Below, piece by piece: positions 1-8,947 of a stretch of DNA of 64,000 nucleotides. The stretch lies in the IMG/VR virus record IMGVR_UViG_3300042402_003952, one strand, 5' to 3'. Each line of letters starts with the position of its first letter. Position 1 is the stretch's first letter. The position numbers were made by a program, and so were the translations under genes. Below the pieces are notes generated by a model that saw only the letters and a program-made list of their open reading frames with translations, was not told the origin of the DNA and did not search any database. The DNA comes from a virus. Its lineage: Duplodnaviria > Caudoviricetes.

Positions 1-1848
1 AATCTTATTCCTTCATCAGATGTTTGGGTTGATACTGTAAGACTCCTAGCGAATACAACTGAAATATCAACAAACTATATTCAGTCCGAGTCTCAAATTA
101 CTGCGGCAGAACTGGATAAACAATCTGGATTTGGTCCTGTAACCTGGGGATCTTGGGAGACTGTATGGACTGGATCCACAAAAGCAGTAGATACAAGAAC
201 TGTTAATGTTGGATATTATATTATCAAAGAAGATCTTGAGACAACCACAAAAACAGGAACTAGTACCAGAACTGGCGTTAGAAAGATCACTAAAGACGAG
301 TTTAAGAATGTTTCTCTCGGAGATACTGTTCTCAGCACAGAAATAAGTTCTTATATGAGATCCAGAAATATTGAATTTGTTGCTAAGAGACTAAAACCAA
401 TTACTAGAGTTTATTCATTCTTTAATGGTGTTGATGTTAATAGGTATATTACTCCGAAATTACTAGAAATCAGTATGATTTCTGGAACATTCCAAGTAGG
501 AGAAACAGTTGAAGGAACGATAGTATCATCTTCAACATCCGGACTAGGAGTAATTCAATCTGATCCAAAAATAACCTTTAGAGTTGCAACTGCTAATCAT
601 AGATATGGTCCATATAATTTACCTACTGATATATCCAAAGCTAATCCATATAATGTAGCAGAAACACTACCTTCTGAGTATTCTTCTACTTCAACAGTAT
701 TAAATATTGATACTTTTAGTCTTTCACAACAACCTCAAGGTGAATTTAGTGGATTTGTCCAATCTGGAATGAAATTAAGAGGTCAAACAAGTGGAGCAGA
801 GGCAACAATAACTCAGGTCAGGCTAGTAACTGATCGCAATGGAGTCGTGATGGGATCGTTCTTTATTCCCAATCCAAATGTATTTGGTAATCCCACATTC
901 CAAACAGGAACAAAACTGTTTAGAATGACTAGTAGTTCAACCAATTCGTTGATAGATTCAACTATCACTAGTGCTGAAGAAAAATTCTATTCGGAAGGAA
1001 AAATTAATAGAGTTCAAGAAAATATTCTTTCTGTGAGAACAGTAAGAACTGAAACTCAGACAGTAATTGAGAGTAAAGTAGAATCTTCAACTGGACCTAC
1101 TGCTGTTGTTGCTACAACTATTGTCGGAAATACATTACCACCTTATGTACCACCTGCACCTCCAGTTCTACCTACACCAAATGATGATGGAATTGTTCCA
1201 TTAGATGAGAGTCTTGGATCACAAGAACCTCAATCTACTTACCCAGAACCAGAACCACCGATTGATCCTCCTATAGAATCTGATCCTCCAGTCAATGATG
1301 TTCCACCACCACCATCTATACCAGAGGACGGCACACCAAAAGATCCTAAAAAGAATAAAAATGTTAGAACTTCTTATACTAATGTAGATGGAGTATCAAC
1401 TCCATTTACACAAGTAAAATATAAAGGTAAGTGGTACACTGGTCCAGAATTGATCAAGAAGATAGGTAAGAAAGCAGCTGCATCAGAGTTTAGAAAAAAT
1501 AATGTTAAACTAACTGAACTTGACAAAAATCCAATTTATGCAGCACTTTCTCTTAACAACAAAGAAACTAAAGTGTCTAAAGGTACTGTTTTTACACTAC
1601 AAAATACTTTACCAGGAACACCTGAACGAGCACAAGCAGAACTATTGAGAAAGAATAAACTAACAGGACAGCAAAAAATTAAACAAGGTTCTACTGGATT
1701 TAAAGCGACAGCTCTTGGTGTAGTTAAGGTTCCTGCTATTAAAAACAAGGGTAGTAATTCAACAAGAACAAATCCACCACCGGCACCGCCAACACAGCAA
1801 CAGCAACAGCAACAAAAACAACAACAAAATAAGAACAAAAGAAGATGA
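1..1848 (+). CDS. Large virion structural protein (DUF4815/VrlC-like), C-terminal part; 5'-truncated by the window edge
   Basis: Frame is open from base 1 (NLIPSSDVWVDTV...). Contains cyanophage-type MRSRNIEF..KRLKP.TR.Y.FF and FxTGTK.FR.T segments, and ends in Pro-rich, Lys-rich and poly-Q tracts. Confidence 0.7.
   Translation, partial: NLIPSSDVWVDTVRLLANTTEISTNYIQSESQITAAELDKQSGFGPVTWGSWETVWTGSTKAVDTRTVNVGYYIIKEDLETTTKTGTSTRTGVRKITKDEFKNVSLGDTVLSTEISSYMRSRNIEFVAKRLKPITRVYSFFNGVDVNRYITPKLLEISMISGTFQVGETVEGTIVSSSTSGLGVIQSDPKITFRVATANHRYGPYNLPTDISKANPYNVAETLPSEYSSTSTVLNIDTFSLSQQPQGEFSGFVQSGMKLRGQTSGAEATITQVRLVTDRNGVVMGSFFIPNPNVFGNPTFQTGTKLFRMTSSSTNSLIDSTITSAEEKFYSEGKINRVQENILSVRTVRTETQTVIESKVESSTGPTAVVATTIVGNTLPPYVPPAPPVLPTPNDDGIVPLDESLGSQEPQSTYPEPEPPIDPPIESDPPVNDVPPPPSIPEDGTPKDPKKNKNVRTSYTNVDGVSTPFTQVKYKGKWYTGPELIKKIGKKAAASEFRKNNVKLTELDKNPIYAALSLNNKETKVSKGTVFTLQNTLPGTPERAQAELLRKNKLTGQQKIKQGSTGFKATALGVVKVPAIKNKGSNSTRTNPPPAPPTQQQQQQQKQQQNKNKRR
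1795..1827 (+). repeat. CAA/CAG microsatellite encoding poly-Gln
   Basis: cagcaacagcaacagcaacaaaaacaacaacaa read directly. Confidence 0.85.
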
Positions 1849-1895
1849 TAGACAACAGCAATAGAAATAAATAATCTTATCAAAAAGTATTTAAA

Positions 1896-4397
1896 ATGAA
1901 ATTAATAGATCCTTTAGCACAAACTTTTTATGTAGAACCTGATAGTGGTATTTTTGTAACCTCACTTGATTTATATTTTTATTCTCGTGATCAAGAATTG
2001 CCAGTAACAGTTCAACTCAGACCTGTGCAACTTGGACAACCAACAGATCAGATTTATCCATTTGGCGAAGTTGTAATTGAACCATCCGATGTTATTATTT
2101 CTGAGGATGCGTCTTTACCAACTAGAGTTACTTTTGACTCTCCGGTGTACCTTGCAGGAAAACAATTTCATTCAATAGCAATACTTTCAAACTCTAGTTC
2201 TTATTCTGTTTGGATTTCTAGAATTTCCGAATTTGATGTAAGTACTACTACATTATCAGAGTCTCAACAAACATTAGTAACTAAACAACCTTCAAGCGGT
2301 TCTCTATTTAAGTCACAAAATGGATCTACTTGGAATCCAAGCCAATTAGAAGATTTAAAATTTAAACTTTACAGAGCAGATTTTGTTAGTAGCGGAAATA
2401 TAAATTTTTATAATCCAAACTTAAGCGTAGGAAATGATCAAATTGCTACTTTAGTAAAAGATTCTTTAGAAGTTAATTCTAAAAAAATCAAAGTAGGAAT
2501 TGGAACCACAATTGCAACAGCAAATCTTCCTACTTTAGGAAACACTATTATCCAACAAAATAGTAATGCAACTGGTAATTTTGTTGGATATGCTGGATCT
2601 GCATTTAGCACCTTAGGAATTATAAATGCAGGAATTGGATACACTCCCTCTTCTGGAACGTTTGTTTTTTCTAATGTTTCTTTAGATAGTGTAACTGGAA
2701 GTGGTAGAGATGCAAGAGCAAATATAACTATCTCTAATGGAGTTGCAGTAGCCGCTACAATTTCTAACGGAGGAACCGGATATTCTGCTGGTGATGTTCT
2801 TGGAATTACCACTATAGGATCACAAAATTTAGGAAGAAATCTAAGATTATCAGTATCTCAAATTTCTGGAGTAAACGAACTAATAATTGATCAAGTTCAA
2901 GGAGAATATGTAACTGGAGTTGGAAACACTGTTAGGTACATTAATAACCTTGGAATATCTACTGACTTAAATAGAACTGGAGCAAACGTAATCATCCCAA
3001 CAGGTGGAATTACAGAAATCTCCGATGGTTTACATATTAAAGTAAACCATAAAAATCACGGAATGAACTCAGTTCAAAACTTAGTTACTATTAGTAATGT
3101 TACATCAGATTTAAAACCAACAAAACTTTTCTTAGATTATACTGCTGCTTCAACTGGCAATATTTCAATTGAAAGTACACAAATAGCAAATTTTGATACA
3201 TTTGAAAATGTTTCTGTTGGAGCAACAAATCCAGGTTATGTTTTAATTGAAAGTGAAATTATTTCTTATACTGGCATAAATTCCACATCATCTCCTCCAC
3301 AACTCACAGGAATTACAAGAGGAGTAGATCAAACAAAATCGTTTGGTTATGTTGCAGGAACACTAGTGTACAAATATGAGTTGTCAGGAGTTTCTCTAAG
3401 AAGAATTAATAAAACTCATAATCTGGAAGATGTAACGATTTCAAATCCAAGAGATTTAGATTACTATCATATTAAATTAGACATGACTGATCAAAGTTCT
3501 ACTATGGTCAATAGATCTTTATCAGTTGGATATCCAAAATTATTTTTAAATGAAACAAAATCAACTGGGGGATCTTCTGCGAATGCAACGCAAAATATTC
3601 CTTTTGAAATAATCAAACCTATTGTTCAGACTATGACACTTAGAGGTACAAATATTAATGCCTCAATGAGAACCGTGAGTGGAACTAGTATTGGTGGAAA
3701 TGAAATATCTTTCTTAGATCAGGGATTTGAGCCAATTAATCTAAATGCAACTAACTATTTGACCTCACCAAGAGTAATTTCTTCAAAGATTAATGAAACT
3801 TCAAAACTCACCAATCTGCCTGCAAATAAGTCATTCACATTAAATCTTAACTTATCAACAACAAATTCATATCTATCTCCAGTTATTGACCTTGATAGAG
3901 TTGGTATGATATTTACGACTAACAGAGTTAATAAAGCAATTGAAAATTATGCAACGGATGACAGAGTATCTACATTGAAAGATGATCCTTCTTCTTTCGT
4001 TTATGCTACTAAACCTATAGCATTGGAGACTCCAGCATCATCAATCAAAGTTTATATGAGTGCCTATGTAAACACTCAAAATGACATTAGATGTTTCTAT
4101 TCCATTACTGACGATCCAAATTCAGATCTAATATACTATCCATTCCCAGGATATACTAATCTAACAACAAATGGTGATATTATTAACTTATCTGATAGCA
4201 ATGGATTACCAGATAAATCTATTTCAAAAACAGATGTAATTGGTTTTGATAGTGATGTTTTAGATTTTAGAGAGTATGAATTTACTATTGATAATTTACC
4301 AAACTTTAGATATTTTGGAATTAAACTTGTAGGAACTGCTACAAACCAAGCATATCCACCAAGAATTAAAGACCTAAGAGTGATTGCATTGGCATGA
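1896..4397 (+). CDS. Virion structural protein, second half of the DUF4815/VrlC-like protein
   Basis: 833 aa. Starts DPLAQTF; has GSLFKSQNGSTW...EDLKF and SPVID motifs and a C-terminal IKLVG...PPRIKDLRVIALA, typical of this T4-like family. Confidence 0.7.
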   Translation: MKLIDPLAQTFYVEPDSGIFVTSLDLYFYSRDQELPVTVQLRPVQLGQPTDQIYPFGEVVIEPSDVIISEDASLPTRVTFDSPVYLAGKQFHSIAILSNSSSYSVWISRISEFDVSTTTLSESQQTLVTKQPSSGSLFKSQNGSTWNPSQLEDLKFKLYRADFVSSGNINFYNPNLSVGNDQIATLVKDSLEVNSKKIKVGIGTTIATANLPTLGNTIIQQNSNATGNFVGYAGSAFSTLGIINAGIGYTPSSGTFVFSNVSLDSVTGSGRDARANITISNGVAVAATISNGGTGYSAGDVLGITTIGSQNLGRNLRLSVSQISGVNELIIDQVQGEYVTGVGNTVRYINNLGISTDLNRTGANVIIPTGGITEISDGLHIKVNHKNHGMNSVQNLVTISNVTSDLKPTKLFLDYTAASTGNISIESTQIANFDTFENVSVGATNPGYVLIESEIISYTGINSTSSPPQLTGITRGVDQTKSFGYVAGTLVYKYELSGVSLRRINKTHNLEDVTISNPRDLDYYHIKLDMTDQSSTMVNRSLSVGYPKLFLNETKSTGGSSANATQNIPFEIIKPIVQTMTLRGTNINASMRTVSGTSIGGNEISFLDQGFEPINLNATNYLTSPRVISSKINETSKLTNLPANKSFTLNLNLSTTNSYLSPVIDLDRVGMIFTTNRVNKAIENYATDDRVSTLKDDPSSFVYATKPIALETPASSIKVYMSAYVNTQNDIRCFYSITDDPNSDLIYYPFPGYTNLTTNGDIINLSDSNGLPDKSISKTDVIGFDSDVLDFREYEFTIDNLPNFRYFGIKLVGTATNQAYPPRIKDLRVIALA

Positions 4398-4398
4398 T

Positions 4399-4626
4399 AT
4401 GGAACACTCCAGAATTGATGGATACTCAAATTTAATCCGCGATGAAGAAACCAAAGCAGTTATTAATACTAGTATGACTGAGTATAATTCATATATGTCT
4501 CAGAAAAGGATTAAAGAAAAAGAAAATCAGAAAATACAAAATCTTGAGCAAGATCTTTCTAGTATGAAAGATGATTTAGATGAAATTAAAGTCTTATTAA
4601 GGAGTTTATTAAATGAATCCAAATGA
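4399..4626 (+). CDS. Small conserved hypothetical protein (coiled coil)
   Basis: ATG follows the upstream TGA; 75 aa with G.SNLIRDE.TKAVINT. Confidence 0.7.
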   Translation: MEHSRIDGYSNLIRDEETKAVINTSMTEYNSYMSQKRIKEKENQKIQNLEQDLSSMKDDLDEIKVLLRSLLNESK

Positions 4627-4777
4627 CATATCTCTTGAAGATCTTAGTAAAAATTTTGAATATTTCAAAATTTCTGCAGAGATAGATAATATAACTGATA
4701 TTGAAGAAGCAAAAACTCTTGCAAAATGTTATTTTAAACTTTATTTAAAACAGCAAGAAGTTATTTCTAAATTCTAA
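4613..4777 (+). CDS. Small hypothetical protein (54 aa), not in the ORF track
   Basis: GGAG RBS at 4601; MNPNDISLEDLSKNFEYFKI...YLKQQEVISKF; TAATG overlap with the next gene. Confidence 0.75.
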   Translation: MNPNDISLEDLSKNFEYFKISAEIDNITDIEEAKTLAKCYFKLYLKQQEVISKF

Positions 4778-5163
4778 TGGCAAAGCACACAATCACATTT
4801 GATCCAGAAACTGGAGTTTCTTACGGTGTTAATTTAGTAATTAACACCGGATCTAACTTTAATGACTCTTTTACAGTACTAACAACATCAGGAAGTCCTT
4901 TTAACTTTACAAGTTGGACTGGATCTTCACAAATGGCAAAGAGTGTTTCAATAGGATCTTCTTCATATGCTGTTGCTACTTTTAACGTTGGTTTCACAAG
5001 TGCTGCTGGCGGAAGATTTAACATATCACTTGGATCTACTGCTACAAGAAATTTAAAAGAAGGTAGATATGTTTATGATATTTTAGTCAGTTCTGGTTCA
5101 ACAACATATAGAATTGCAGACGGAAATATTTTAGTTAGACCGGGAATTTCTTCCGCACTATAA
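4777..5163 (+). CDS. Putative virion structural protein (beta-rich, baseplate-associated type)
   Basis: 128 aa, L.EGRYVYDIL motif, directly upstream of gp13. Confidence 0.6.
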   Translation: MAKHTITFDPETGVSYGVNLVINTGSNFNDSFTVLTTSGSPFNFTSWTGSSQMAKSVSIGSSSYAVATFNVGFTSAAGGRFNISLGSTATRNLKEGRYVYDILVSSGSTTYRIADGNILVRPGISSAL

Positions 5164-5188
5164 ATATCTTTTAGGAATAAAAGAATAA

Positions 5189-6037
5189 ATGGCACAACCA
5201 TCTACTAGACAAGAACTTATTGATTATTGTAAGAGGAAACTTGGTGCTCCTGTTCTGGAAATTAATGTTGCAGATGAACAGATTGAAGATTTGGTAGATG
5301 ATGCTGTTCAATTTTTCCAGGAAAGACACTTTGATGGTGTTTATCCTGCCTTTTTTAAATATAAATTAACGCAGAATGATATTGATAGAGGTAGAGCAAG
5401 AGGAGGCAATGCTCCTGCAGTTGGAATTACTACAACAAGTGTAACTACCACTATTGCAGGGATTACCACTACTTTTAACTATGAGGAAAATGGAAACTAT
5501 TTACAAATGCCACCGTCTGTGATCGGAGTAAATAAAATATTTCTTTTTGATGGAGCAAATACTATTACTCACAACATGTTTAGTGTGAAGTATCAGTTAT
5601 TTTTAAATGATGTTTATTATTGGGGATCAACTGAACTTTTAACATATGCAATGGTAAAAACTTATCTTGAAGATCTTGATTTCCTATTGAATACTCAAAA
5701 GCAGATTAGATTTAACAAGAGACAAGATAGATTATATTTGGATATTGATTGGGCATCAGTTAGAGATGGGCAATATATTATTATTGATTGTTATTCAACA
5801 CTAGATCCAAATGATTATAGTAGAGTTTGGAATGATTCATTTATAAAACCATATCTAACTTCTCTGATTAAAAGGCAGTGGGGACAAAATATGATGAAAT
5901 TTACCGGAGTTAAACTTCCAGGTGGAGTTGAACTTAATGGAAGACAAATGTATGACGATGCTCAAAGAGAAATTGATGTTTTAATGGAAAAAATGTCTAA
6001 TACATATGAACTTCCCCCACTAGATATGATAGGATGA
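5189..6037 (+). CDS. gp13: Neck protein
   Basis: MAQPSTRQELIDYC.R.LGAPVLEINV...QWGQN..KF.G..LPGG..LNG; late promoter TATAAATA at 5159. Confidence 0.95.
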   Translation: MAQPSTRQELIDYCKRKLGAPVLEINVADEQIEDLVDDAVQFFQERHFDGVYPAFFKYKLTQNDIDRGRARGGNAPAVGITTTSVTTTIAGITTTFNYEENGNYLQMPPSVIGVNKIFLFDGANTITHNMFSVKYQLFLNDVYYWGSTELLTYAMVKTYLEDLDFLLNTQKQIRFNKRQDRLYLDIDWASVRDGQYIIIDCYSTLDPNDYSRVWNDSFIKPYLTSLIKRQWGQNMMKFTGVKLPGGVELNGRQMYDDAQREIDVLMEKMSNTYELPPLDMIG

Positions 6038-6041
6038 TCAA

Positions 6042-7418
6042 ATGCTTAATCCATTTTTTCAGCAAGGATCTAAAAGTGAACAAGGTTTAATCCAAGACCT
6101 AATAAATGAGCAATTAAGAATGTATGGCGTTGAAATATATTATATTCCTAGGCAATATTTAACTAAAAAGACTGTAATAAGAGAAGTTATACAATCTAAA
6201 TTTGACAATGCATATCCAATAGAAGCATATGTGAACAGCTACGATGGATATAGTGGAGCAGGTACTATATTGTCAAAATTTGGAATTCAAGAACTAGATG
6301 ATCTGAGTTTGATTATCTCAAGAGAAAGATTTGAAACTTACATTTCTCCACTTATAAGAGATGTACCAAATATAGAATTATCTACTAGACCAAAAGAAGG
6401 AGATTTAGTTTATTTTCCTTTGGGTGATAGGTTGTTTGAAATAAAATATGTTGAACATGAACAACCTTTCTACCAGTTACAAAAGAACTATGTTTATGAA
6501 TTAAGATGCGAACTCTTTAGATACGAAGATGAGATTATTGATACTAATGTAGATGAAATTGATGATAATATTAAAGATCAAGGTTATATTCAAACACTGA
6601 CTTTGGTTGGATCAGGTGTAACTGCTTCTGCTTATACAAATATTGTAAATAGTGGAATAAGGTTTATTCGCATCACGAATAGAGGTGATGGATATACCTC
6701 AGTACCTAGAGTTGCAATATCTTCTGCTCCTGCTGGAGGAATTAATGCAGTTGGTGTTGCAACAATGATTGGAAATATTATTGATTGTAACGGAACTACT
6801 TCATTAAAAGTTCAAGGAGTTGAATTAGTTAATGTGGGATCTGGATATACGGTAGCACCGGGAGTAGTTTTTATTGGCGGTGGTGGATCTGGAGCTGCTG
6901 CAACTTCGGTAATTGGAGAGGGATTAGTAGGAGTAGTGACAATTACATCCGGTGGTTCTGGATATACTACTTCTCCAACAGTTACATTTACTGGTCCTGG
7001 AATTGGAACAACCGCTAAAGCATATGCTGTAGTAAGTTCTGCAGGAACTATTTCTCAAATAAGAATAATAGATGCTGGAATAGGATATACTGTAGCACCA
7101 ACAATTACCATAGAGTCTCCATTTACAGGCGGAACAGGAACCTATCAATTTAATGAAATAATTACCGGATCAGTAAGTGGAGCAACTGCAAGAGTCAACT
7201 CCTGGAATAGTGTGACTAATGAACTTCAAATATTTGTAATATCTGGAACTTTTAAATCAGGAGATGTAATAGTTGGATCTGCAAGTAGTGCATCATATAA
7301 ATTAAATACTATTAACACAGATAATATAGTAGATCCTTACGCGGAAAATGATGTTATAGAAAGCGAAGCAGATTCAATAATTGATTTTACTGAAAAAAAT
7401 CCTTTTGGTACTCCATAA
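6042..7418 (+). CDS. gp14: Neck/head-closure protein with an internal Gly/Thr-rich repeat insertion
   Basis: Q.LINEQLRMYG.E.YYIPR, RPKEGDL.YFP, FYQL..NYVY.L.CELF.Y; sits between gp13 and gp15. Confidence 0.93.
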   Translation: MLNPFFQQGSKSEQGLIQDLINEQLRMYGVEIYYIPRQYLTKKTVIREVIQSKFDNAYPIEAYVNSYDGYSGAGTILSKFGIQELDDLSLIISRERFETYISPLIRDVPNIELSTRPKEGDLVYFPLGDRLFEIKYVEHEQPFYQLQKNYVYELRCELFRYEDEIIDTNVDEIDDNIKDQGYIQTLTLVGSGVTASAYTNIVNSGIRFIRITNRGDGYTSVPRVAISSAPAGGINAVGVATMIGNIIDCNGTTSLKVQGVELVNVGSGYTVAPGVVFIGGGGSGAAATSVIGEGLVGVVTITSGGSGYTTSPTVTFTGPGIGTTAKAYAVVSSAGTISQIRIIDAGIGYTVAPTITIESPFTGGTGTYQFNEIITGSVSGATARVNSWNSVTNELQIFVISGTFKSGDVIVGSASSASYKLNTINTDNIVDPYAENDVIESEADSIIDFTEKNPFGTP

Positions 7419-7443
7419 ATAGTATATCTAATTTTTTCTAATA

Positions 7444-8445
7444 ATGTTTGAGTATTTTTATCACGAGATATTAAGAAGAACAGTAATTTCTTTTGGTTCT
7501 TTATTCAATAATATCTCAATTAAACATACAGACAACAGTGGAAATGTTGTTAGTGTTATAAAAGTACCTTTTGCATACGGTCCTACTCAAAAATTCTTGG
7601 CCAGACTAGAACAGTCTCCAAATTTAAATAAACCAGTTCAGATGACTTTGCCTAGAATGTCATTTGAACTGGTTGGTTTATCATATGATCCTACCAGAAA
7701 AGCCACTACAACTCAATCATTCCTAACTACATCTTCAACAAACAAAACTCAAGAAAAAAAGGCATATTTGCCTGTTCCATATAACCTTGATTTTGAGTTG
7801 AGTATAATGACAAAATTGAATGATGATATGCTCCAAATTATAGAGCAAATTATACCATATTTCCAACCAGCATATACAATCAGTATTGATTTAGTAAAAG
7901 AGATTGGAGAGAAGAGAGATATACCTGTTATTCTAAACAGCATTTCAATGTCTGATGATTATGAAGGTGATTTTTCAACTAGGAGAGCACTAATTTATAC
8001 ATTGAGATTTACTGCAAAAACTTATCTGTTTGGACCTATTTCTACTGCTTCTTCAGATGTTATCAAAAAAGTTTCTATTGGTCTTGTTGCAGGAGATTCA
8101 ACCAAAACACCAACGAGAGAGGTTGTGTATACAGTAGAACCAAGAGCAACAAAGAATTATACTGGAACTATCACTACAACTCTTTCAAAAGATATATCTT
8201 TATCTGATACTCTAGTAGAAGTTGTAGATGCATCCAATATTCCAGAAAATACATACATATATGTTGATGAAGAAGAAATGTATGTTGATTCTAAAGCAGG
8301 AAATCTTCTTACTGTTAAAAGAGGATCAGATGAAACAATTGCAGCACCTCATGTTTTAGGATCATCTGTTAAGAAAATTACAACCGAAGATAATGATCTC
8401 ATAGAAGTTGGCGATGATTTTGGATTTAGTGGTACATTATCATGA
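7444..8445 (+). CDS. gp15: Tail sheath stabilizer / tail completion protein
   Basis: YFYHEI.R..V..FG.LFN, VP.AYGP..KFLARL, LPRMSFE, PVPYN, EQI.PYFQP. Confidence 0.95.
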   Translation: MFEYFYHEILRRTVISFGSLFNNISIKHTDNSGNVVSVIKVPFAYGPTQKFLARLEQSPNLNKPVQMTLPRMSFELVGLSYDPTRKATTTQSFLTTSSTNKTQEKKAYLPVPYNLDFELSIMTKLNDDMLQIIEQIIPYFQPAYTISIDLVKEIGEKRDIPVILNSISMSDDYEGDFSTRRALIYTLRFTAKTYLFGPISTASSDVIKKVSIGLVAGDSTKTPTREVVYTVEPRATKNYTGTITTTLSKDISLSDTLVEVVDASNIPENTYIYVDEEEMYVDSKAGNLLTVKRGSDETIAAPHVLGSSVKKITTEDNDLIEVGDDFGFSGTLS

Positions 8446-8879
8446 AAATGACAAAGAAATTTAAAGACCTAAACGATACCTTCAATGTTTCCGACGAAAA
8501 TGTTGAAATTATATCTAGTCCCGAAATTATTGAGGAAAAAATTCAAAAAGCAGATACTATTGGCAATGAAATAAAAAAAGATTATGAATATACTAGAGGA
8601 AATTTATACTCTTTAATTGAAAAGGGTCAAGAGGCAATTAATGGAATATTGGAACTGGCTCAAGAAAGTGAGATGCCTAGAGCATATGAAGTAGCTGGTC
8701 AATTAATTAAAAATGTTGCTGACGCAACAGATAAACTAATGGATCTTCAAAAGAAGTTAAAAGATATTGAAGAGGATAGGTCATCAAAATCTCCAACAAA
8801 TGTAACAAATGCATTGTTTGTTGGATCGACATCCGAACTTGCAAAATTATTAAAAAATCAAGATCTAAAAAATCAGTGA
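8442..8879 (+). CDS. gp16: Terminase small subunit
   Basis: DYEYTRGNLY.LIEKGQEAI, PRAYEVAGQLIK, NALFVGST.EL. Confidence 0.92.
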   Translation: MKMTKKFKDLNDTFNVSDENVEIISSPEIIEEKIQKADTIGNEIKKDYEYTRGNLYSLIEKGQEAINGILELAQESEMPRAYEVAGQLIKNVADATDKLMDLQKKLKDIEEDRSSKSPTNVTNALFVGSTSELAKLLKNQDLKNQ

Positions 8880-8947
8880 TTTTTTCTTAAAATAAATACT
8901 CTTATATACAAAGTACGAAGTTATTGAGAGAAATATCACTTTTAAAT

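Noticed and set aside
1830-1900. Programmed frameshift or readthrough joining the two structural ORFs
   Set aside because: Alternative frames hit stops (e.g. TAG near 1862), there is no obvious slippery site, and the second ORF has its own late promoter.
6600-7130. Gly/Thr repeat insertion in gp14
   Set aside because: Extended gp14 with such repeats is, from recall, common in cyanophage-type T4 relatives, so it is not considered novel.
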